From an uncultured virus (IMG/VR IMGVR_UViG_3300005823_000001) (Duplodnaviria > Heunggongvirae > Uroviricota > Caudoviricetes), in the IMG/VR virus record IMGVR_UViG_3300005823_000001: a stretch of DNA of 64,000 nucleotides, one strand, 5' to 3'. The notes beneath the pieces were generated by a model, which made no database searches, was not told the origin of the DNA, and worked only from the letters and a program-made list of their open reading frames with translations. This document shows, piece after piece, positions 37,983 through 47,859 of the stretch. The stretch's first letter is position 1; each line of letters begins with the position of its first letter. The translations under genes were made by a program, and so were the position numbers.

Positions 37983-38384
37983 TTAGGATACGTAGTGACC
38001 CATCGGCATATGCCAGTAACCGGCAGTATGACCACCAGCGTCTATAAACGGCCCAAATGTAAATTCGTATATCTGTGGCTGCCGCTTATTGACATCGCGC
38101 TCTATTAAGTCATGCCGATAGAGGATTTTGCGTCGCCGGACTACCAGCAAGGATACTGTCTTTGCCGGTATTCGGCACTTTACTTGAAATTCAGGTGCCT
38201 TATCCGGCTCTGATATGAGCGTCGGCTTGACTACTTTCATCCAGAAGCCCTCACCGCTCATATCGGTGCCGCGTACCTCACCTCTACGGCCCGTAGTTGT
38301 TACGTAGTAGACATGTAGATACTTAGCCTCCGTAGTAACCAATAGCCTGATAGCCTCACGCTCAGATACCTCTTCAAATGCCAT
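37983..38384 (-). CDS. Hypothetical protein
   Basis: Open ORF with GGGGGGTG RBS. Confidence 0.6.
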   Translation of the reverse strand: MAFEEVSEREAIRLLVTTEAKYLHVYYVTTTGRRGEVRGTDMSGEGFWMKVVKPTLISEPDKAPEFQVKCRIPAKTVSLLVVRRRKILYRHDLIERDVNKRQPQIYEFTFGPFIDAGGHTAGYWHMPMGHYVS

Positions 38385-38387
38385 ATC

Positions 38388-39203
38388 TTATTCACCCCCC
38401 TTCTGTAGTAAGCTTAATGCTACCGCATCTTCTACCTCAGCGCAAGCACAACCGGCCCGATAAGGTGCCGGTAGGTGGTGCTCTTTGACTACCTCATGGT
38501 GTATCTGCAATAGCCGTGTGGTTATATCAGCCCAATCAGCCTTACTAGGCTCTATGATAAAGCTCTTTAGGTTTTGGGTATCTTTGTCTTCTATCAGGAT
38601 GATGCCTTTATGGGTATTCTCTGTGCCATGCACATAGCAGGTTATCTGTGCCTTGTACTCTCTAGTAGGCTCTTTTATCTGGCTAAACTGGCGTGTATTC
38701 ATACTCTTTAACTCGACTACCCATGATTCGCCCATCGGATGCCGTATAAGGCAATCTGCCTCGCCACGCACGAACACCGCCGGTAGCACTATAGGGTAAT
38801 CGTGGGCTACCAGGATGCCCATACTACGAAATAAGCGAGTCATACGCAAATGGAAGTATTTACCGTTATCCATTATACGCTTCATCCTTGGCTCAAACTC
38901 CCTCAGGCGCTTGTAGCCTAGGAATTCTAAGGCCAGACACCGACGGCATAGGCCTCCGATAGAGCTAGGGTGAAACCATCCAGGATCAGGCGCTCGTTGC
39001 TTCTGGTGGCCTTCTAGCCAGTAGTCTACCTCTGTTATGAGCCAATTTTCTCCCCTGAGCCCCAATAGACGCTTAAGAGAGCCCTTTGGCGTCGTTCTGG
39101 TGCTGTCTCTGCCCACCGGCCCACGAATTCCAGCACTACCGATTGAGCCTTGGCTGGATAGCCTAGAAGCTGAGCGTTTAACCGTAGGATTGGTATCTGG
39201 CAT
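38388..39203 (-). CDS. Cas4-like / PD-(D/E)XK exonuclease (start uncertain)
   Basis: FHPSSIG..C.R, G..FH, GEAD..VVELKS, Q...Y, terminal Cys pair. Confidence 0.85.
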   Translation of the reverse strand: MPDTNPTVKRSASRLSSQGSIGSAGIRGPVGRDSTRTTPKGSLKRLLGLRGENWLITEVDYWLEGHQKQRAPDPGWFHPSSIGGLCRRCLALEFLGYKRLREFEPRMKRIMDNGKYFHLRMTRLFRSMGILVAHDYPIVLPAVFVRGEADCLIRHPMGESWVVELKSMNTRQFSQIKEPTREYKAQITCYVHGTENTHKGIILIEDKDTQNLKSFIIEPSKADWADITTRLLQIHHEVVKEHHLPAPYRAGCACAEVEDAVALSLLQKGGE

Positions 39204-39397
39204 TGTTCCATTATCTCCTTATCTCGTATTTCGTCCCTCTTGGCTTGTATCTTATGGTGAGGGCCATCGGCCTCAAAACCTAGCCAGTATTTATAGCTAA
39301 AACAGTCCATACTGTATGGCCCTACACACACCTCCTCAGTATGCGGTATCTCAATTTCGTCTAGGAGCCTAATAAGCCGCTTATGCAGGCCACTCAT
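39035..39397 (-). CDS. DUF559/Vsr-like endonuclease
   Basis: YSMDC...FEADGPHH...RD..RD...PILR. Confidence 0.8.
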   Translation of the reverse strand: MSGLHKRLIRLLDEIEIPHTEEVCVGPYSMDCFSYKYWLGFEADGPHHKIQAKRDEIRDKEIMEQCQIPILRLNAQLLGYPAKAQSVVLEFVGRWAETAPERRQRALLSVYWGSGEKIGS

Positions 39398-39525
39398 TTT
39401 CGCTTATCCACCCCTAGTATCTTCTCGTATCGTCGCCGCTTAGTACGGGTAACAAGCTCATCCCATAGCACCAGAATGGCTATAGCAAGCAGTATCCCGA
39501 CTTCTACCTGCATCCACATAGGCAT
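39394..39525 (-). CDS. Small membrane protein (not in the ORF track)
   Basis: MPMWMQVEVGILLAIAILVLW... with basic tail; fills the gap between recA and the next gene. Confidence 0.5.
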   Translation of the reverse strand: MPMWMQVEVGILLAIAILVLWDELVTRTKRRRYEKILGVDKRK

Positions 39526-39526
39526 G

Positions 39527-40453
39527 CTACTCTCCTTGCGCCATAAGGCGCTCAAAATCAGTAGGGTCATCTAGGAAGTGCTGGCGTAGCGCCGGTTTAC
39601 CATGATACTTCTCACCCTGCCATACATAGAATGGTGCCTTGCCACCAAATAGGCCCTTAGTTATGGCCCAATCTATCCCTACTGCTATCTCATCGAATAG
39701 GCCCTGGAAGTGAAACGGCAGATTGCATTCCTGATACGGCTGAGCTAGCTTATTCTTAGCGGTCATGGCATGGCAGATAAAACCTATGCGCCGGTTGCCG
39801 TCCTTAATCCAGTCAGCCCTACTAACCCTCAACATAATCATTGCTACCTGGCGTACAACCTTGCCGCCTGGTAATTGCTCGCCTGGAAACCCTATCTGAG
39901 TGCGAGTCTGGTTAAGAGCCATTATAGCAGCCTTTTGGTTCTTAGCGTTTAGCCGCAGGAGGCCCCTAGTTATAAGGCGAGCATGTGCTCCTATAAAGGC
40001 CTTTTCAGCCGATTCCTCTAGCATCACTGAAGGCACCAGAGCCGGTAACGAGTCGATTACCACCATATCAAAATACGGTAGCACATCGGCTATAATGTCA
40101 ATGGCCTTTTCACCGGTCGGTGGCTGAGATACTATGAGGTCATTGGTATTCACTCCTAGCTGCTCAGCCCATTCTTGCTGATACGTATATTCCGCATCCA
40201 CAAATAGGGCTCGCTTACCATTCTTCTGATTATGGGCTATCCACTTAAGGGCCAACGTAGTCTTGAGCGAGGAATAGTCGCCATACACGATGCTTATACG
40301 GCCTGCCGGTATGCCGCCGCCTAGAATATCGTCTAGTAGAGGCATGCCAAAAGGCAGAAGGCTTATATGCAAAGTCGGGTCATCCCCGCGTACCATGTCG
40401 CCCTTATCCATTAGGTCTGATACTTCTTTAGGTAGGTGCTTATCGTTTGTCAC
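39527..40453 (-). CDS. recA: RecA-like recombinase
   Basis: LD.ILGGGIPAGRI..YG..S.LKTT, FVDAE, VSQP.TGE, VIDS, NQ.R, KNK. Confidence 0.93.
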   Translation of the reverse strand: MTNDKHLPKEVSDLMDKGDMVRGDDPTLHISLLPFGMPLLDDILGGGIPAGRISIVYGDYSSLKTTLALKWIAHNQKNGKRALFVDAEYTYQQEWAEQLGVNTNDLIVSQPPTGEKAIDIIADVLPYFDMVVIDSLPALVPSVMLEESAEKAFIGAHARLITRGLLRLNAKNQKAAIMALNQTRTQIGFPGEQLPGGKVVRQVAMIMLRVSRADWIKDGNRRIGFICHAMTAKNKLAQPYQECNLPFHFQGLFDEIAVGIDWAITKGLFGGKAPFYVWQGEKYHGKPALRQHFLDDPTDFERLMAQGE

Positions 40454-41402
40454 GATTCAACCACTCCAAGAAATGCTGTCCTGCCTTTATCCAATCCGGA
40501 TACATCCAAGAGTACCGTATAGAATTGGGGCTAGGGTAAGGGTAGGCCCTCTCCTCTCGATACCACCTGAGGAAGTCCTCAGCAAAGCATAGCGCCGGAT
40601 GGTCAGTTACGATGCCCTGCCCGCTAAATATGTTCCATAGCTCATCTAGGAGTAGGTCATGTAAGGCTGTGCTAATAGGTGGCAAGAATAGCCGTCTACC
40701 AGGAGGCATCTTAGGTAGGGGCTCATCCCAAGCATGTACCATCCGGTTTGTAATATCTCCTCCTGGCCCATGTAGGTAAGCATGCAGGCTGTTGCTAATA
40801 TGAGTCTGAGTGCCTATATGCACTCCTACTCTGGCCGCTATGAATTCCTGCAATATACCGAATTCTGGCAAATTGACCGCAAATAGGCCCCAATGTACAT
40901 CGTTGCTACGGCAGAAAACGGTCATATGCAGCTTTCCTTGACGGATTTTGAAGGTAGCCACCATATTACAAGGCGGGTCTTTCGTATTGGCGAATAAGTC
41001 TTTGGGCCTGGATATAAGCAGGAAGGCTCGCCGGTCGCTGCTATCCTGTCGGAGCCGGTTGACAACCTTCTTTAGCTGGCCCTTGATACGGTAGCCGTAG
41101 GCTCCATAGAATATCTCGCCGTCATCACTGAAATCAGCTATGCGCTTGTTATACGGCAACAGGGCTGCTACATCGTTCCGGCCTGCCAATACCCATAGAG
41201 ATTCAGATAGTGCCACCCAAGGGTTAGCATACCGGCCTGGAACCATAGTTACGTGCTCCCAAGGCTGCCGGATAACTGTAGCCACGTTGAGGGCCTCGAT
41301 AGTAGGGCCATACTGAGTAGTTACCCCATAGCCTTCTTTCAGGATATGGTTAAGGACAGGCCGATAGGCCTCATGCGCTGTATCTGCTTCTATTACTTTC
41401 AT
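40440..41402 (-). CDS. Thymidylate synthase homologue, probable dUMP hydroxymethylase
   Basis: ESLW.LAGRND, YGAYG.R, DRRA, KDPPCN, RSND..WG...N, SLHAY. Confidence 0.8.
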   Translation of the reverse strand: MKVIEADTAHEAYRPVLNHILKEGYGVTTQYGPTIEALNVATVIRQPWEHVTMVPGRYANPWVALSESLWVLAGRNDVAALLPYNKRIADFSDDGEIFYGAYGYRIKGQLKKVVNRLRQDSSDRRAFLLISRPKDLFANTKDPPCNMVATFKIRQGKLHMTVFCRSNDVHWGLFAVNLPEFGILQEFIAARVGVHIGTQTHISNSLHAYLHGPGGDITNRMVHAWDEPLPKMPPGRRLFLPPISTALHDLLLDELWNIFSGQGIVTDHPALCFAEDFLRWYREERAYPYPSPNSIRYSWMYPDWIKAGQHFLEWLNRDKR

Positions 41403-42340
41403 GGTGCTACTACCTTGAATAGTGGCACCTCATAGGCTTCCTCAGCATCGAAATTCATCCTAGGCCTACCCTTGCTATGCTGATGGCTAACGTATTTGCC
41501 AAACTCACACACGCTGTGTATAATGTTGCCTAGGCTTAACGTCTCGCCCTTCCACCAATGCATATCCAAGCCCAAAGCCTCCATGCAATACGGCTGTACG
41601 TCCCTGAGGGCTTGAGCATATGCTAGCTGCTGCTTAATACGCCGCGTCTCAAATAGGTATTGTAAGCCAAGCCTAGCCCCTGGCCCGATATGAGCCCAAG
41701 TGTCAGGGTCATATGGGAGCATATCTACCATCATCAGGTCTAGACAAACCTCGTAGGCTGTAAACCCACCTATGCCATACATGCCTTGTATCTTCTGCCA
41801 TGTATCCTTAAAATCGCCTACACCGTCCTTAAGCTGCGCCTGTAGGTATATTACTATTTGTGGGTAGGTGAATAGGGCCTGCTCACAGATATACTCAAAC
41901 CGGTCTATCCAGCTAGCCATGTGCACCGGCTGAGGCATGCTCATATGAGCATTAGGATACTGTAGCTCGCCTTCCTCTCTTAGGCGTCGTAGCTCGGCAA
42001 AGAAGCGCTCTCTATACTGCTGGTCGCCGTAGAACAAATGGTACTTAGGTACGTAGCCTACCGCATCCCAAAAGTCTATATTGTTCATCAGCCGGTAGAG
42101 AATCGTACGCCATAACAGGTCTGGTAGGCCATCGGCCTTAGGCGCTAGATTTTGCACATACCATTGGGTGCCTTTATCTAGCTCCCTATATACATTGACA
42201 AAACGGTAATGGGCTAGTATAGGGTCTTTCGTCCAAGGTGGAGGTTGCTTGAGTAGCCACCGCCGATTCCAGATGCTATGACGCTCGTATACAAACTGCC
42301 AGAATTGCTCTACTGTACTAGGCACACGGATATATGGCAT
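41399..42340 (-). CDS. 5-hmdU DNA kinase-like protein (aGPT-Pplase1 helical family)
   Basis: FVYERH.IW.RR...PWTKDPIL..YRF.NVYRELDKGT, HhH-like GIGGFTAYEV..DL, GPGA..GL, CEFGKY. Start at 42340 (TAATG overlap). Confidence 0.85.
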   Translation of the reverse strand: MPYIRVPSTVEQFWQFVYERHSIWNRRWLLKQPPPWTKDPILAHYRFVNVYRELDKGTQWYVQNLAPKADGLPDLLWRTILYRLMNNIDFWDAVGYVPKYHLFYGDQQYRERFFAELRRLREEGELQYPNAHMSMPQPVHMASWIDRFEYICEQALFTYPQIVIYLQAQLKDGVGDFKDTWQKIQGMYGIGGFTAYEVCLDLMMVDMLPYDPDTWAHIGPGARLGLQYLFETRRIKQQLAYAQALRDVQPYCMEALGLDMHWWKGETLSLGNIIHSVCEFGKYVSHQHSKGRPRMNFDAEEAYEVPLFKVVAP

Positions 42341-42681
42341 TAGGCCCGCTTCCTCCTTAACGGCGCTAGGTCTGCAAAGCACAGGTCAAGGTTGACTAGC
42401 ATACGGTCAGCTACTCTAGGTTCTATGCTCCCCTTGAGTACGCAGACCAGGATGTTGAATATGGCATCGGCTACCTCTTCTACCGCGTCCTCTACACTAT
42501 CGGCGTCCATACAGGCGTTAATGAAACGACCATCCATACGTCGCTTAGTCGTGGTGTACTCGCACTCATGGTCACGATGCCGCTCTGCTACAAGGGTCTG
42601 TAGCTCCTCGCATATCATACCCTCTGCCGGTGCTATTAGCTCTTCCGTACTAGGATATAGTCCCTCTCTGTTGTAAGGCAT
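42340..42681 (-). CDS. MazG-like all-alpha nucleotide pyrophosphatase (putative dTTPase/dUTPase)
   Basis: EDAVEEVADAIFN acidic motif; located among nucleotide genes. Confidence 0.55.
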   Translation of the reverse strand: MPYNREGLYPSTEELIAPAEGMICEELQTLVAERHRDHECEYTTTKRRMDGRFINACMDADSVEDAVEEVADAIFNILVCVLKGSIEPRVADRMLVNLDLCFADLAPLRRKRA

Positions 42682-42682
42682 C

Positions 42683-45646
42683 CTAATCCTCCATACGCTT
42701 AAAGTATTCCTCACGTGCCCAAGGCCTATTAGGGTCAGATGGGCTATCTACTGAGATAGTTAGCCGCTCTTTCTGATATGGCCGGTCATCCATAAACGTC
42801 TCATGACGGCCCTTAGCCTCCCATACCTCAGGCCGGTCTTGCGGGTAATGCCAATCACTAGGTGGCTTGGCTACTATAACACGGAAGCTACCTAGGGCAT
42901 TGGTAAGCTCAATATAGTGCTTACCGCTCTCCTGTATTACATCGTTTGTAGGTATGCCTCGTATGATGTAACCAGGTTTACCCCAAATAGGAGGCGCATC
43001 TTCCAGGTATGTCACCTTAGATAGGAAGCCCTCTTCTAGTAGCTCTATAGGAAAATCAAGCGCTTGTTCAAAGGCCGCCGGTTTAATTGCTGTACCTGGG
43101 AATGCTCCGGCTGCTGCCAGCGCTCGGATAGCGCCGATATTACAACTCTTGCGCTCAACTCTATTACGCAAATCCTCAGCATCTTTTATAGGCCGAACAG
43201 CCTTCAGCGCTTTATAAGCACCGTAGCCGATACCGCTGATATTGCCGATGCCAATACGTATTCGGCCATCGCTACGCACCCTAGTACGATACCAGCTATC
43301 GTTGATATCCGGTATGAGCCATTCCATCGCCCAATTTGCGCTCTCTAATATGGCCCATAGCCGGTCACCCTTATTCTTAAGGGTATCAAATACAGCGGCA
43401 TAGTAGTGGCTAGGATAATGCTCCTTATACCACATCATCCGATAGGCCAGACCAGCATAGATAACAGCATGCGCACGGTTAAAGTTGTAACCAGCACCGG
43501 CCCTAACTGCCCGCCATAGGCCCTCGCCTCTTATGCCATTGGCCTTGCAACCAGCTAGGAATTGGGCCTCTAGCCGGTCAAGGGTATCGCCCTCGAAATG
43601 CTTAATGGCCTCTTTGACGGTATCTTGCTCAATATCATCGAAACCGGCACACCGTTTACATATCTCCATCACTTGTTCCTGGTATATAACCAGGCCGCGT
43701 GTAGGCTCCAATATATCCCGCAAATCCGGATAGGCTCTTAGAAGCTCGGCTGAGCCATCCTTATAGGCCTTAACAGCACCGTAGGCCCCTGGCCGCACCA
43801 TAGCATTAATAGCCACTACATCGTTGAAATCCTGTACCTCTTTAAGCTGATTGATTACAAAACGAGCAGCAGTACCCTTCATCTGAAATAGGCCACATAC
43901 AAGGCCGTGGCTAAAGCTCTCATATACCGCCTTATCATCGTATTCATTCGGTACAATGGTGCCAGCACCGGCCTCTATCGCCTGTAGGGAGTCAAGTGTT
44001 TCTACTCCCAAAATATCCAGCTTAAATAGGCCTAGCTCCTTAAGGCTGTACATATCGAAATGCGTAACGTAGTGTACATCCTTACTAGCCTTATCAGCTA
44101 TCCGCATTAACGGCACCTCGTACTCCAAAGGCCTCTGTGTGTCCGTTAACACGATACCGGCTGCATGCCTACCTTGATTGCCTATGAGCCCATTCCATTG
44201 CTCTAACCGCTTGGCCGCCTCTTTTCCTATTACTGATTCGGCTGGCTTATACCAGTCGCCATCCCACTTCTCAGGTAGGCGTTTGCTAGCTTGGCGCTTT
44301 TGCTCCTCAGACATGCCTTTACACGTCATTACAAAACGAGCGGCCCCTCTAGGCCCGTAGGTGCTAAAGGTGACTATCTGACGGCCCTGGTAACGCTGCT
44401 TTATATGAGCTAGCACCTTCCCTCTTTGACGGCTACTTACGTCCAGGTCAAAGTCAGGTATAGTAAGCCTAGCTGGATTCACGGCCCGCTCGAATAGGAG
44501 CTTATACTTAATAGGGTCTTCAGCCGTGATACCTAACAGCCAAGATATGAGACTACCGGCCATGCTACCTCTGCCGGTTACCGGTATATTTTCCTTCCTA
44601 CACCACTCCACTATCTCATGCGTGAGCAGATAGGATTGGGCTATGTGTGGTGCTGTGCCAAGTACCGACATCTCCCGCTCGTATCGCTTCTGGTATTCCT
44701 TCGGTGCCGATTCTACCCAATCGCGTAGCATATTGCCTATGGTATCACAAGGGTCATCGACAACCGCCGGTACATGCCACATACGCCTATCCACCTCAGG
44801 TATCTCCAAGTCGCAAAGCTCTGCTACCTCCAAGGTGTTATCTAAGGCCTCCTGGGGTATTGATGCTTTCCTGGCCTGTATACGCATCTCTTCCTCGGTT
44901 TTGAAGTATACACCCCTAGCATCGAATACAATGAAATACGGCCCTCGCTTGGCTGTCTCCGGTGCTGCCGCTATAAGGTTGTGATACCAGTCTTCCCAAT
45001 CCGCGCTATGGAAATGGCAGTCGTTAGTCATAACGAGACGGCTACCGGTATCCTTGGCCAGCCGGAACAGCCCTTCTATAAAGGTATCCTGCTTGCTCTC
45101 ATAGGGCAAACCTACCCAGCTATCGTGGTGCATCACCTCTATGAATACCGCTTTAGCGGCCTCTTGTAGCTTCTTGACGTATTGGACGGCCCTATCGTAT
45201 TCATCGTTTAAGATGTACCGGCCTGCTCTGCCTCCTATGCAGCCGGTGAGCACTACCCAATTTTCCATAGGGCTTCTTATGCCCTTTTTCTTGTTACCTG
45301 TCAGGTCGGCTAGCTTGACACGCGGACGCTTATAGAAATTCTTGTGAGCCGCCGTCGTTATCTCTATAAGGTCGCGGTATCCTCGTTGGTTAGCCGCTAG
45401 TACTGTAATATGAGCGTTTTGCTGATAACCATCACCCTCCAGGTATAGCTCTGAGCCAATGATAGGCTTTATACCCGCCTTTTTAGCTAGGGTGTAAAGC
45501 TCAATAGCACCGGCCATATTACCGTGGTCGGTCAAGGCCAAGGCCGAATGCCCGTCAGCCTTAGCTAGGTCTACGTACTGAGCTACAGTAGCTCGGCCAT
45601 CGCCTATTGAATATTGACTATGAGTGTGTAAGTGGCAATAGCTCAT
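42683..45646 (-). CDS. dnaE: DNA polymerase III alpha subunit (family C)
   Basis: PHP HLHTHSQYS/TDHG, GRGS.AGSL, PDFDLD, HAAG, KLDILG, YQEQ, FNRAHA. Confidence 0.97.
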   Translation of the reverse strand: MSYCHLHTHSQYSIGDGRATVAQYVDLAKADGHSALALTDHGNMAGAIELYTLAKKAGIKPIIGSELYLEGDGYQQNAHITVLAANQRGYRDLIEITTAAHKNFYKRPRVKLADLTGNKKKGIRSPMENWVVLTGCIGGRAGRYILNDEYDRAVQYVKKLQEAAKAVFIEVMHHDSWVGLPYESKQDTFIEGLFRLAKDTGSRLVMTNDCHFHSADWEDWYHNLIAAAPETAKRGPYFIVFDARGVYFKTEEEMRIQARKASIPQEALDNTLEVAELCDLEIPEVDRRMWHVPAVVDDPCDTIGNMLRDWVESAPKEYQKRYEREMSVLGTAPHIAQSYLLTHEIVEWCRKENIPVTGRGSMAGSLISWLLGITAEDPIKYKLLFERAVNPARLTIPDFDLDVSSRQRGKVLAHIKQRYQGRQIVTFSTYGPRGAARFVMTCKGMSEEQKRQASKRLPEKWDGDWYKPAESVIGKEAAKRLEQWNGLIGNQGRHAAGIVLTDTQRPLEYEVPLMRIADKASKDVHYVTHFDMYSLKELGLFKLDILGVETLDSLQAIEAGAGTIVPNEYDDKAVYESFSHGLVCGLFQMKGTAARFVINQLKEVQDFNDVVAINAMVRPGAYGAVKAYKDGSAELLRAYPDLRDILEPTRGLVIYQEQVMEICKRCAGFDDIEQDTVKEAIKHFEGDTLDRLEAQFLAGCKANGIRGEGLWRAVRAGAGYNFNRAHAVIYAGLAYRMMWYKEHYPSHYYAAVFDTLKNKGDRLWAILESANWAMEWLIPDINDSWYRTRVRSDGRIRIGIGNISGIGYGAYKALKAVRPIKDAEDLRNRVERKSCNIGAIRALAAAGAFPGTAIKPAAFEQALDFPIELLEEGFLSKVTYLEDAPPIWGKPGYIIRGIPTNDVIQESGKHYIELTNALGSFRVIVAKPPSDWHYPQDRPEVWEAKGRHETFMDDRPYQKERLTISVDSPSDPNRPWAREEYFKRMED

Positions 45647-46236
45647 CTGTCATAACCGCCATATCTATCTCGTATCTCTGCCTTAAGCGGTTGGAGCCAA
45701 TCATAGCCTAGCTCCTCTATCCAATCTAGGCTTCGCATACGTATTACAGGCATAGCCTTGTTACCTAGTAATTCCTCTTCCATCGCGTATAAGGTGATAC
45801 TGAGCAAATCAGCTACATGTACTATCTGGCCCTCTATGCCATCACCCTTGGCCTTAAGCCAATGGTTACTTAGCATATCCGCTACCTCGTCAGGTAGGAT
45901 AGCACAAATCCGGTCACGTACAGCCTCATTACCAGCAACCCGCAAGAGAGAATCTAGCTCAGGTGTCTCACGTTTAGCTAGGCTATTTACATCACCGGTA
46001 AAGCTCTCTTCTATATCGTGCATGAGCGCTTTGCCTAGGACTAGATGCACATCAACTATATACCCCTTGCCGATGAGGTACAACGTAAGCATATAGGCAT
46101 TGAGAGCCACGTAGTAGCTGTGCTCGGCTACCGATTCGTCACGGCAACGAGGGTAAGTAGCAAAACGGGTTATGTACCGGAGCCGCCTGGGGTAGCCATA
46201 CAAGAATTTGAGGAAGGGCTTGATAGACAGGCTCAT
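45643..46236 (-). CDS. HD-domain 5'-deoxynucleotidase (YfbR-like)
   Basis: RF....ESVAEHS, LMHDIEE..TGD, AD.L. Confidence 0.9.
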   Translation of the reverse strand: MSLSIKPFLKFLYGYPRRLRYITRFATYPRCRDESVAEHSYYVALNAYMLTLYLIGKGYIVDVHLVLGKALMHDIEESFTGDVNSLAKRETPELDSLLRVAGNEAVRDRICAILPDEVADMLSNHWLKAKGDGIEGQIVHVADLLSITLYAMEEELLGNKAMPVIRMRSLDWIEELGYDWLQPLKAEIRDRYGGYDR

Positions 46237-46457
46237 CGTATCTTACCCGCAGCTATATTCTGCTCAATTATCCCCTGTAGCGCCTCCATTAGGTGCCCAT
46301 AGGTTTCTTCCATCACGTTACCCGTCTTGCCTAACTGAGCTTCTATTGGCTGCTCTGTGTCTATACCCTCTAGGCCCACCTCGCACCGGAAATACTCATG
46401 GTTTTGCGGGTTGCCTATAAGCATAGTTACTCCTAGCTTCATACTTAGATTGGGCAT
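46233..46457 (-). CDS. Hypothetical phage protein
   Basis: LGVT..IGN..EY.R.EV; coupled. Confidence 0.6.
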   Translation of the reverse strand: MPNLSMKLGVTMLIGNPQNHEYFRCEVGLEGIDTEQPIEAQLGKTGNVMEETYGHLMEALQGIIEQNIAAGKIR

Positions 46458-47440
46458 TACTCTACCTCTTCCTCTACCGGCTCGTCTTCCTCCGGCTCAT
46501 CAGGTAGGAGGTTCGGGTCATCGCTTCCTACAGCATCACCAGGCCGCCTTACCACAGAGCCCTCAGGCTCGCCCTCTGACTCCACTTCCGGCTCCGGCTC
46601 CTGGGTCTTAGGTGCCTTAGATCGACGGCTGCTGGTGGGCTCCTGAGGCTTGCTGCTGGCCTTTTCGGTCAACCTTGAGGCTGCCGGTGCTTCTACCGGT
46701 GTTGTCTCCTCAATCGGTATCTCTTCCTCAGCACCCTCAACGTCTACCTGTTCACCCTCTGCTGGCCACTTGGCTTTACCAGCTAGCACATTCGGTGTCG
46801 CCGGTAGCTTAGGTTTCACAGCAGCTACACCCTCTGGTACTTCGCGCCGGTTACCAGTAGGTACGATAGTCCAGCTAGTCTGTAGGCCCTGGCCACGGCG
46901 CTCTATCTCGTAGTCCTGTAGGGTTAGGTCGCCATCTTTGCGATAGCAGGCAACAAGGTCTTGCCATAGGGATTGGCCCTGGCCGAATCCTCTCTGCCAG
47001 AACACAGGCCCATTGACTATCTGCTTGAACACTACCTCATTGGTAGACGCTATGCGTACCTTCTTCCAGGCCTGATCCGGATTCTTCTCTGCGTCTGGAT
47101 TCTGATTATGCCGGTATATTTGATACACCCAGCACCAGATACCAAACTGCTCAGCCCGTCGCTCACCGTTATCGCATAGGTCGCACTCTAGGTCATCCGT
47201 ACCAGGACACCATCTAGGTACTTTCCATATGTCGCCGGACTGGACAGTGATTTCTACCTGGTGAAAATAGGCAGTACCGAAATGGGGATCGTCCTCATGG
47301 CCGGTAGCCATAAAACGGACTATAGCCCGCTCATAAGGGCCAAGACGTAGCAACGGCACCTGAGGCCGGAAGCTACCTTGTGCGGGCTCTTTGGCTTGGC
47401 GCTCCAATATCGACCGTATTCCTGGGTACTTCTTAGGCAT
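46457..47440 (-). CDS. Single-stranded DNA-binding protein (gp32-like)
   Basis: VRF...H...C..C..C Zn site, DYEIERRG.GL.TSW, long acidic tail. Confidence 0.75.
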   Translation of the reverse strand: MPKKYPGIRSILERQAKEPAQGSFRPQVPLLRLGPYERAIVRFMATGHEDDPHFGTAYFHQVEITVQSGDIWKVPRWCPGTDDLECDLCDNGERRAEQFGIWCWVYQIYRHNQNPDAEKNPDQAWKKVRIASTNEVVFKQIVNGPVFWQRGFGQGQSLWQDLVACYRKDGDLTLQDYEIERRGQGLQTSWTIVPTGNRREVPEGVAAVKPKLPATPNVLAGKAKWPAEGEQVDVEGAEEEIPIEETTPVEAPAASRLTEKASSKPQEPTSSRRSKAPKTQEPEPEVESEGEPEGSVVRRPGDAVGSDDPNLLPDEPEEDEPVEEEVE

Positions 47441-47780
47441 CAGTGCAAACCCTCCTCTTAACTAGCTCCTGCCTTATCTCTCGTAACGTGGTATCAGGTA
47501 GTATATTAGCATCTATCAACTTACAGGCTATTCGCTCCTTATAAGAATCTAACGCGCGTCTATTGATGCATAGGCGTCTCGCTAAAGCTTGAACACTAAC
47601 GCCGCTGAGTATACAGCAGAGGAAGACAAGCTCCGTTTGCGTAAGGCTCTCTGTAACTTGGACATAGCATTCTACATCTGCTAGCTCTACTGCCTCAACG
47701 CGAAACTCCACTATACGTCTTTCAGGATTTCTATAATGAGCAAGGTAGTCATCTAGTGAGAAGCAGAATATGGCATACAA
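47433..47780 (-). CDS. HTH protein (sigma region 4/LuxR-like)
   Basis: LTQTE...GVSVQALARRLCINRR. Confidence 0.6.
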   Translation of the reverse strand: MYAIFCFSLDDYLAHYRNPERRIVEFRVEAVELADVECYVQVTESLTQTELVFLCCILSGVSVQALARRLCINRRALDSYKERIACKLIDANILPDTTLREIRQELVKRRVCTDA

Positions 47781-47859
47781 TCCATACCTCCTGGTGGAGC
47801 CTACCTACGTTATTCAGTTGTAACGGCGGTATTCGATATACACCTCCTGTCCCTCCATT

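Noticed and set aside
38388..39203. Cas4-like gene as part of a CRISPR-Cas system
   Set aside because: No other cas genes or array; it sits with recA as a phage recombination exonuclease.
40440..41402. dCMP hydroxymethylase (T4-like glycosyl-hmC)
   Set aside because: The specificity residue reads Asn (AVNLPEF), not Asp, and the neighbour is a 5-hmdU kinase-family gene. Disfavoured by motif only, not excluded experimentally.
42340..46236. Z-genome (diaminopurine) pathway from the HD and MazG-like genes
   Set aside because: No PurZ/adenylosuccinate synthetase homologue is visible; the adjacent TS and 5-hmdU kinase-like genes point to pyrimidine modification.
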